Shown in pieces: positions 57,594 through 64,000 of a stretch of DNA of 64,000 nt. The position numbers and the translations under genes were made by a program. Under the pieces are notes generated by a model. The model was not told the DNA's origin. It saw nothing but the letters and a program-made list of their open reading frames with translations, and made no database searches. This DNA comes from Candidatus Haiyanarchaeum thermophilum (GTDB lineage Archaea > Nanobdellota > Nanobdellia > JAPDLS01 > Haiyanarchaeaceae): contig JAPDLS010000001.1 in NCBI GenBank assembly GCA_025920425.1, forward strand, positions 308,484-372,483, in the 5' to 3' direction. Positions within the stretch are counted from its first letter, which is position 1; every line of letters starts with the position of its first letter.

Positions 57594-58277
57594 GTGAAGC
57601 TCCTCTTCATCTCCTGCCAGCTACGAAAGGTAAGTGCCTCTTTCCTCTCAAAGGTGGAGAAAGGCCTCTCCTTCCAGAATGTTGGTATCTTTACCACGAT
57701 TCAGTTTTCTCCAATATTGCCAATTATCTCAAAGTTTCTCAAGAAGCATGGAAGAAATGTGTATATGGGGAGATCTAGATATGGAAAGGGAATAATTACT
57801 GGTTGTGATCTTCAGGCAGTAGATGAAATCGCATGGCGATGCGATGGTTTCCTGTACCTTGGTTCTGGAACATTTCATCCCCTTCCAGTATTTCTCAAAT
57901 ATAGGAAAAAGATAGTTATCGCAAATCCAATTAGTGAAGAGATCTCGATCTTCGATGACAAACTGGCCATGAAAATCCAGAGAAGAATCCAAAACTTCAA
58001 GAAGTTTTTTAGGCTTTCTAGGAAAATTGGGGTTATAATATGCAGCAAGCCAGGGCAGCAAAGGCTAAGCCAAGCTCTCAAGCTGAAGAGAAAGCTCGAA
58101 AAGGTTGGAAAGGTTGCCTTCCTTTTTCTGTTCGACGAGATCTCTCCAGAACTCCTCCTCAACTTTCCAGATATAGAGCTCTGGGTTAATACTGCATGTC
58201 CGAGGATCGCAATTGATGATGTGGAACACTTTGAAAAGCCCATACTAAACTTGTGGGAGGTCATCAATGAGCTATAA
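57594..58277 (+). CDS. dph2: Short diphthamide biosynthesis Dph2-like protein
   Basis: TTIQF, ITGCD, GSGTFH, KPGQ, NTACPRIAIDD. Confidence 0.85.
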   Translation: MKLLFISCQLRKVSASFLSKVEKGLSFQNVGIFTTIQFSPILPIISKFLKKHGRNVYMGRSRYGKGIITGCDLQAVDEIAWRCDGFLYLGSGTFHPLPVFLKYRKKIVIANPISEEISIFDDKLAMKIQRRIQNFKKFFRLSRKIGVIICSKPGQQRLSQALKLKRKLEKVGKVAFLFLFDEISPELLLNFPDIELWVNTACPRIAIDDVEHFEKPILNLWEVINEL

Positions 58278-58806
58278 CTTCTTTCTGAGAAAATTAGTCC
58301 ATCTCCTCTATGGTAGCTCTCTCGCCATCCTTTCCTATCTCAATGAAGATCTTAGGCTCCTCTCCATCGTAATTACATCCATTCTCCTTCTCCTCTACTT
58401 GGCATATACATTCACTAAACTCAGATGGAGATCAGTAGAGAAGTACTTGCAGCTCCTAAGTAGGGAGAGAATAGATATCAAAGCTATCTGCTATGCATGT
58501 GGGATAATTTTTTCTCTCCTACTTTTTGAGGGGGAGATCATGCTCTCCAGCATTCTCATCCTCTCCTTCAGCGACTCTCTCACAGCTATTTTCGGAAAGT
58601 GGCTATTAAATAGTGAACATAAAAGCATATCTGGAAGCATTATACACTTTGCAAGTGATTTCATCATCTTAATTAACTTCTTTCCAATCCATCTCACACT
58701 CATCACTTCTCTCGTAGCTGCTACTTTGGATTATGTGACCGATAAATTTGAGAATCTCATTATTCCCATCTTCATCGGAGCCTTCCTCACTTTCGTTACC
58801 GGTTGA
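58267..58806 (+). CDS. Dolichol/phytol kinase-like membrane protein
   Basis: RKLVH, SDSLTAIFGK, KSISGS, ENLIIP. Confidence 0.75.
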   Translation: MSYNFFLRKLVHLLYGSSLAILSYLNEDLRLLSIVITSILLLLYLAYTFTKLRWRSVEKYLQLLSRERIDIKAICYACGIIFSLLLFEGEIMLSSILILSFSDSLTAIFGKWLLNSEHKSISGSIIHFASDFIILINFFPIHLTLITSLVAATLDYVTDKFENLIIPIFIGAFLTFVTG

Positions 58807-58807
58807 A

Positions 58808-59581
58808 ATGAGTGAGGTAATCATTGCAAGGGGAAAAGATCCTAGGCTTAGAACCTATTTGGCATTAAAAGCCCTAAATCCGACTTTCTCTAGGAAAGTG
58901 TTGATAAAACCAAACCTCGTGGAGCCGATGCCAAACAATTCAGGAGCAATTACTAGGAAGGAAGTAGTGGAGGGGGTAATTCAATTTCTGAAGGAAATGG
59001 GTTATGAGATGATAGTAGGAGAAGGGGCTGCTATTTGGAATACTATGGAATGTTTTGACATGGCTGGTTATTTTGAACTTTCTAAAAAATATAAGGTAAA
59101 GTTCTTGGATCTGAATCGAGGAAAATTCGAAAGGATAAATGGAAAATTTTGGGAATTTGAAGTGGCAAAGATTGCATTGGAATGCGATGTAGTCTCTGTA
59201 GCAGTGTTGAAGGAACATGCCTTTGGAGTTACATTAACATTGAAAAATCTCATGGGCCTTCTGAGGCCTAGAGGGAACTATCCCTTAAGAGCCTATATGC
59301 ATGCTGAGGGGAATGAGGAGATCTGGGCAAAGAGACTTATGGACTTGGTGAGGGCTATAAAGCCAAAGCTAGCAATAATAGATGCTACCACAGGCATGTT
59401 TGGTTCTCATCTCTTTGGAAAGTTGGTACCTCTTGATCTCACTCTAGCTAGCAAGGATGCCGTAGCCTGTGATCTAGCTGGTGCTGAACTGCTCGGTCAT
59501 AAGGAGATATCCTACTTGAAATTGGCATTGGAGGAGGGGCTGGGAAAGAATCCAAGGATAAGATGGATAGAGATCGCGTGA
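58808..59581 (+). CDS. DUF362 family protein
   Basis: VLIKPN, LKEH..VTLTLKNLMG, DAVACD; start moved to MSEV. Confidence 0.88.
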   Translation: MSEVIIARGKDPRLRTYLALKALNPTFSRKVLIKPNLVEPMPNNSGAITRKEVVEGVIQFLKEMGYEMIVGEGAAIWNTMECFDMAGYFELSKKYKVKFLDLNRGKFERINGKFWEFEVAKIALECDVVSVAVLKEHAFGVTLTLKNLMGLLRPRGNYPLRAYMHAEGNEEIWAKRLMDLVRAIKPKLAIIDATTGMFGSHLFGKLVPLDLTLASKDAVACDLAGAELLGHKEISYLKLALEEGLGKNPRIRWIEIA

Positions 59582-59587
59582 TGAAAG

Positions 59588-60301
59588 ATGTATGATGCTC
59601 TCGAATTGACAAAAGTCGTGAGGAAGGAGGTATGCAAATGTTGGCAAGGCAAATTTTTAGCTAAGTACTATAGATTTAGAGCTACGAGATTCTATGGAGG
59701 TTGTGCTACAGCAGATATCAGTGGATGCAATTTGAGATGTGGCTATTGCTGGAGCAGCAATGTGGTATGGAGGAATTTGGGAAAATTCTGCGAACCTGAA
59801 TTCGTAGCTCAGAGGTTGAATGAAATTGCTCTCAGAAATGGGTTCAGATACTGCAGAATCTCTGGGGGAGAACCTACTATATGTAAGGAGCATCTGCTAG
59901 AGGTGATTAAGCGAATAAATAGGGGTCTCATATTCATCTTGGAAACGAATGGCATTCTACTAGGCGAAGATGAATCCTTTGTAGTGAAACTTAGAGAATT
60001 TCCAAATTTGCATGTAAGGGTCTCACTGAAAGGGGCAAATGAGGAAATGTTCTCTAAAGTAACCAAGGCTCATCCCGAGAACTTTAGACTTCAACTAGCA
60101 GCATTGAGGCATTTAAAGCGTTGGAAAATAAGTTTCCATCCTGCCATCTTAATAGATCTCTACACCGAAGGACTCTTGGAAGAACTCAAGCAGAGGCTGG
60201 CTGAGATCGATAGAACTCTCCCAGCAAGATTGGACCACGAGTTCCTTATCAAGTTCCCCCATGTAGTAAAGAGAATGAAAGAATATGGGTTGCTTCCTTA
60301 A
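59588..60301 (+). CDS. Radical SAM protein
   Basis: CNLRCGYCW, ISGGEPT, LETNG. Confidence 0.92.
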   Translation: MYDALELTKVVRKEVCKCWQGKFLAKYYRFRATRFYGGCATADISGCNLRCGYCWSSNVVWRNLGKFCEPEFVAQRLNEIALRNGFRYCRISGGEPTICKEHLLEVIKRINRGLIFILETNGILLGEDESFVVKLREFPNLHVRVSLKGANEEMFSKVTKAHPENFRLQLAALRHLKRWKISFHPAILIDLYTEGLLEELKQRLAEIDRTLPARLDHEFLIKFPHVVKRMKEYGLLP

Positions 60302-60346
60302 CCATTACTCCACAAATTATTTTTAAAACTATTGGCTTAATAAATC

Positions 60347-60745
60347 ATGATCAAATCAATTGAGGCTAGAACATATAAGCATGAGAGTGAAGATCTGGAA
60401 AAGGTAATGAAAGCGTTTCTCAATGTTTTTCCATTCGAGGAAGCTATCAAGATGGAGACACTGGAAGGAAGCTTCGGCACCGAAATTATCGTGATCAGTG
60501 GCATAATTAAGGAAAGAATTAAAGTGGAAAAATTCATTGCAAATCTTCAGCAGAAGCTAGTGAATAAATTGGGCAAGGAGGGATTTTCTAAGAGAGTGGA
60601 GAGAAACTCTGTATTTCTCAGGATAGATAAACAAGCTGCCTTCCTTGAGGATAAGATCGTAATAGGGAATTTCGATGACTGTATCTGGGTAAAGATCAAG
60701 GGAGATGCATCTGGACTCAAGGCTCTGAGGAAAATACTGGAATAA
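60347..60745 (+). CDS. DUF54-type RNA-binding protein
   Basis: HESEDLEKVMKA, EGSFG, FLRIDKQAAF. Confidence 0.85.
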   Translation: MIKSIEARTYKHESEDLEKVMKAFLNVFPFEEAIKMETLEGSFGTEIIVISGIIKERIKVEKFIANLQQKLVNKLGKEGFSKRVERNSVFLRIDKQAAFLEDKIVIGNFDDCIWVKIKGDASGLKALRKILE

Positions 60746-60775
60746 TTTAAAAAGACAAAATCCCTTAGAATTAAC

Positions 60776-61621
60776 ATGCTGTGGAGGAAGAAGTTGGTGG
60801 TGGAAAAGTATGAGGAGGAGTTTAAAACCCAAACGATGAGGAATCGCAAGCTCTTCTACGATCTCTTCGCTAGAGTAGGAGATCCTGAGGAACTCAGAGC
60901 TCATTGTTCTCAGATCCTCGACACGTTGGAATTCAAATCTCCTTTAAATGAGCTCACTAAGTTCGAGGAAAGCACTGAGCTTGAAGGAATGTTCTTAGGA
61001 GGAAGGCTCAAGCCAGTAAAGGGGATAATTAAAGCAATCAAAGAAGTGAAGAGGGGTTCAAGATTTCCAAAGCTATGGAAAATCCTCCTCCTTCTAGGCT
61101 TAATTTCCATCATCCTCTTCATCTCCCCCTCCCTAATCCCACAAAGCCTCTCTTTCAAACAAGAATACTTTCTATATGGGGGGATTTCCCTAATCCTACT
61201 GAGCATTCTCCTCTTCCTCATCAAGGAGAAAATTCATCTCTATACTTGGGTTAAGATCGTGGGAGTCTATGATATAGAATCTGAAAAAGCCGATGTGAGG
61301 ATAGTAATAGCCGGAGATTGTGATAAGAAGGATATGGATGCCTTCTCTAAGCTGGAAGAGGACGTAAGTGAGCTTTACAATGAGTTAGCTAGGAAATATG
61401 TGAAGAAGAAGGAGGAGAAGCCAATGATCATCATAAAGGAAAAGGAAGCTCCAGAAGCTAGGGTAATAAAGTTGGTAAGAGATCTAGAGAATCAGCTGGC
61501 TTCACTGGATTCAAAACTAGCTCAGGGAAAGATCAGTGAAGAAGCATGGAAAGTAGCGAGAGAGGAGCTCAATAGAAAGAAGGAGAAGCTAGAGATCCTC
61601 CTAGACCTGTTGAAGTTATGA
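60776..61621 (+). CDS. Two-TM membrane protein with C-terminal SHOCT-like coiled coil
   Basis: Central TM hairpin, LAQGKISEEAW. Confidence 0.75.
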   Translation: MLWRKKLVVEKYEEEFKTQTMRNRKLFYDLFARVGDPEELRAHCSQILDTLEFKSPLNELTKFEESTELEGMFLGGRLKPVKGIIKAIKEVKRGSRFPKLWKILLLLGLISIILFISPSLIPQSLSFKQEYFLYGGISLILLSILLFLIKEKIHLYTWVKIVGVYDIESEKADVRIVIAGDCDKKDMDAFSKLEEDVSELYNELARKYVKKKEEKPMIIIKEKEAPEARVIKLVRDLENQLASLDSKLAQGKISEEAWKVAREELNRKKEKLEILLDLLKL

Positions 61622-62061
61622 AGGCTCAAGCTGAGATAATCCGAGAAGTGCTCACTTTCTCCATCGGAGTTGGAGTAGTAAGTGCTTGTACTCTCATCTT
61701 CAGTACATACATCCCAAACATCGTCATCAATTCCTTAGCTGACGCCTACCTCTTCAATTTGGCTACTCATTTCGACTTACTCCTCAATGACGTTTATCTT
61801 ATCATTTCCCACTTCCCAAACTCCTCCATCGTTTATATTTACCCTATGCCTAGAACTATCCTAGGAAGCAGCTATGAACTGAGGATGAGGAATTTTCAGG
61901 CGTGTGCTAGGCTTCTCTCTCCAGCAAGGGAGCTCTGCAAGAATTCGAGCCTTCCTCAAAACGTTGAGGTGACAGGAAATTTCATAGGTGGAGAGGCAAT
62001 CGTGTTAAATGGTACCCATCTACTGAGTGGAGATATCATAATTTCGGTGTCAAGCAAGTGA
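61618..62061 (+). CDS. Type IV pilin-like protein
   Basis: Class III-like signal MKAQ followed by a hydrophobic helix. Confidence 0.6.
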   Translation: MKAQAEIIREVLTFSIGVGVVSACTLIFSTYIPNIVINSLADAYLFNLATHFDLLLNDVYLIISHFPNSSIVYIYPMPRTILGSSYELRMRNFQACARLLSPARELCKNSSLPQNVEVTGNFIGGEAIVLNGTHLLSGDIIISVSSK

Positions 62062-62062
62062 A

Positions 62063-62740
62063 TTAGAGAAGAAGTTTTATCATTATCCAGATCACGAGTA
62101 TCACGATCAAGATCTTTATCACCTGTTCTAAAAACTTTAACATGAAGTAGAAAGTCACCATTAGTATTATGAGGAAAAGGGGCAGGTTTTCTCCCCCAAA
62201 TTGGGTGAGATAGATCCAAGCCTGGGTGAAGTATTTAGTGAGCGAGAGATTGGATAAATACTCCATAGCTGGGATGCTCAGATTCCCGAGAGGGAGTATT
62301 AGTAAGAAAGCTCCAGTGAATTTAATTAGGTCTTCCCAGAGGAGGAGGGGAGCAAAGATGTAGATAAGCGAAATGATGGCAGAGAACCACTTATTTACAT
62401 CCTCAACATGTATTGTGAGGACAGCTAGGAAGAAGAGGAGAAGAAGCAGAGAAATAGCAGCTATAACGTAGCTCTTCAGCCTCACATATTTTTCCACTTC
62501 ACCCACATATTTCTCTACATACTCATCCAAGCAATAGAGGAGAATCATGAAGTATACCATTGTGAGTAAGTAGATCACTTGTGAGGCTAGCTTGAGGCCG
62601 AGGAGATCGAAGAGAATCGTGGAAAAGATGTAAAAGATTATGCAATTCATTAAACACTTCATCGCGAGGGAGAGTCCTTTTTTGCTCTTGGAATCGATCC
62701 TCATCCTAAGGATCTGCATAAATCTCAAAGGATGATTCAC
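62063..62740 (-). CDS. Multi-pass membrane protein
   Basis: About six hydrophobic segments. Confidence 0.7.
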   Translation of the reverse strand: MNHPLRFMQILRMRIDSKSKKGLSLAMKCLMNCIIFYIFSTILFDLLGLKLASQVIYLLTMVYFMILLYCLDEYVEKYVGEVEKYVRLKSYVIAAISLLLLLFFLAVLTIHVEDVNKWFSAIISLIYIFAPLLLWEDLIKFTGAFLLILPLGNLSIPAMEYLSNLSLTKYFTQAWIYLTQFGGENLPLFLIILMVTFYFMLKFLEQVIKILIVILVIWIMIKLLL

Positions 62741-62754
62741 TATTTAAATTTCTC

Positions 62755-63306
62755 TCAAGCTGAGCCTACGAAGATCCTATATCTATCTTCTCCCTGCAAT
62801 TCTGAGATTATTCTCTTTATCACCAGTTTTTCTGGCTCGGGAAGGAAGCTCACCCTCTGCTTTATGTCTTGGAAGCTCTCAAATGGCTTCTTCTCCCTTT
62901 CCATCAAGATCTTCCACATATGCTTTTTACCTATCCCAGGCAAGAGTTCCAACTGATGCATTCTGGTAGTCAATGGTCTAGCCTCATTAAAGAATTTCAC
63001 AAATCTCTGCTCATTTTTTGAAACTAGCTCCTTCAGTACATTTTCAAGCTCAAGTTTGGCATTTTGGGTAAGCTCATCATATTTGATCTTCCCTAAAACA
63101 TGATGGATCTTATCCCTCTTCTCAGGCCCTATATAAACTTTCTCTCCTATACTCAGATTTACCCCTTTCCTAGGTACTACCTCGAGGAGAATGAAATAGT
63201 TCTCTCCAAGCACTTGGGCTACTGGAGTATAAACGCCTGCGAGGGGCTTACCTCCTGGTAGAAAATCTAGTACTATGGCAAACTCTTCCTTAACTTGTTG
63301 TTTCAT
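62755..63306 (-). CDS. DUF655 family putative nucleic-acid-binding protein
   Basis: IVLDFLP, RMHQLELLPGIGKKHM; conserved position after rpo4. Confidence 0.92.
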   Translation of the reverse strand: MKQQVKEEFAIVLDFLPGGKPLAGVYTPVAQVLGENYFILLEVVPRKGVNLSIGEKVYIGPEKRDKIHHVLGKIKYDELTQNAKLELENVLKELVSKNEQRFVKFFNEARPLTTRMHQLELLPGIGKKHMWKILMEREKKPFESFQDIKQRVSFLPEPEKLVIKRIISELQGEDRYRIFVGSA

Positions 63307-63307
63307 T

Positions 63308-63637
63308 TTATTTCCTAAACTTATTTATTACTTCCAGAATCTTCTCTACATCTTCATCCTTCAAGCTTAACTTATAGGAACTGAGAATTAGCTTCACGTC
63401 ATCCTTATCGTAGGGCATTATGTCTACAAGCTTAACTATTACCTTTTCATTCAATCTCAGATCTAAACTCTTGAGCTCCTGGATCAGCTTCTCAGCTTCA
63501 CTCCACTTCAGCTTAGAAAATTTGGTAGCATGCTCCAGAGCGATATTCACTTCATGAGTCTCCACTTTGCTTTCTTCCAGAACCTTCTTCGCCTTCACTA
63601 CAGGAATGTATTCCTCCCCTAACACTTCTAGCTCCAT
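63308..63637 (-). CDS. rpo4: RNA polymerase subunit Rpo4 (F)
   Basis: ALEHATKFSK, VKLVDIMP; rpl21e-rpo4-DUF655 gene order. Confidence 0.92.
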   Translation of the reverse strand: MELEVLGEEYIPVVKAKKVLEESKVETHEVNIALEHATKFSKLKWSEAEKLIQELKSLDLRLNEKVIVKLVDIMPYDKDDVKLILSSYKLSLKDEDVEKILEVINKFRK

Positions 63638-63638
63638 G

Positions 63639-63929
63639 TTAACACCTCCTCAAGTGAATCGGATGTACTATTACGATTTTCTCCTTACTCCCATCTCTAA
63701 TCTTAACTTCATAGCATTTTCCCCTCTTATTGATTACCTCTCCAACCTTCCCTATAAACCTCTTGAACGGCATGCCTTCATGAAAAGCTGGTTCAATTCC
63801 AATTACTACCTTCTCTCCAGGCTTGAAGCTTTGAAGAGCTAAGTTTATCCTAATCTTTCCCCTCTCTCTTGCCCTCTTCTTGAATTTCTTCCTAGTTTTC
63901 CTTCTAGGGCCAAGCGACTTCTTTGGCAT
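63639..63929 (-). CDS. rpl21e: 50S ribosomal protein L21e
   Basis: KSLGPRRKTR, GMPFKRFIGKVG, VHPIHL. Confidence 0.97.
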   Translation of the reverse strand: MPKKSLGPRRKTRKKFKKRARERGKIRINLALQSFKPGEKVVIGIEPAFHEGMPFKRFIGKVGEVINKRGKCYEVKIRDGSKEKIVIVHPIHLRRC

Positions 63930-64000
63930 AGATTAAAAGAAGTAAACTGGGATTTAAAAACTTTTAAACTAGGGGAAGTTGTTTAAATCTTCTCTTATAC

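Overview
A gene-dense chromosomal segment of an archaeon. It is probably a thermophilic DPANN-type lineage, inferred from a stand-alone GC-rich 16S rRNA gene with no linked 23S, GC-rich tRNAs without encoded CCA, TATA boxes close to start codons and frequent gene overlaps. Most of it is housekeeping: LysRS (class I), ValRS, SerRS, HisRS, TFB, RadA, Rpo4, ribosomal proteins (uL1, uL10, P1/L12, eS8, eL21, eL37, eL38), Sm, Trm1, TtuA-like, Dph2-like, GlmS, PyrE/PyrF and a polyprenyl synthase. RNA genes are the 16S, five tRNAs (one with a non-canonical D-arm intron) and an unannotated C/D-box guide sRNA predicted to direct Cm1402 on this same 16S. I found no CRISPR array, integrase or transposase. 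The best candidate for an undescribed system is 10645-13525: an Lrp regulator divergent, across a palindromic operator, from a coupled gene pair. The pair encodes a winged-HTH fused to an apparent class III ribonucleotide reductase barrel lacking the radical domain, plus a thymidylate synthase homologue lacking its catalytic cysteine, which suggests a pseudoenzyme-based nucleotide-sensing module. A second candidate is 18864-24536: two nucleotidyltransferase-HEPN-like proteins, a metal TIM-barrel enzyme and three unknown genes. All calls come from reading motifs by eye; no searches were run.
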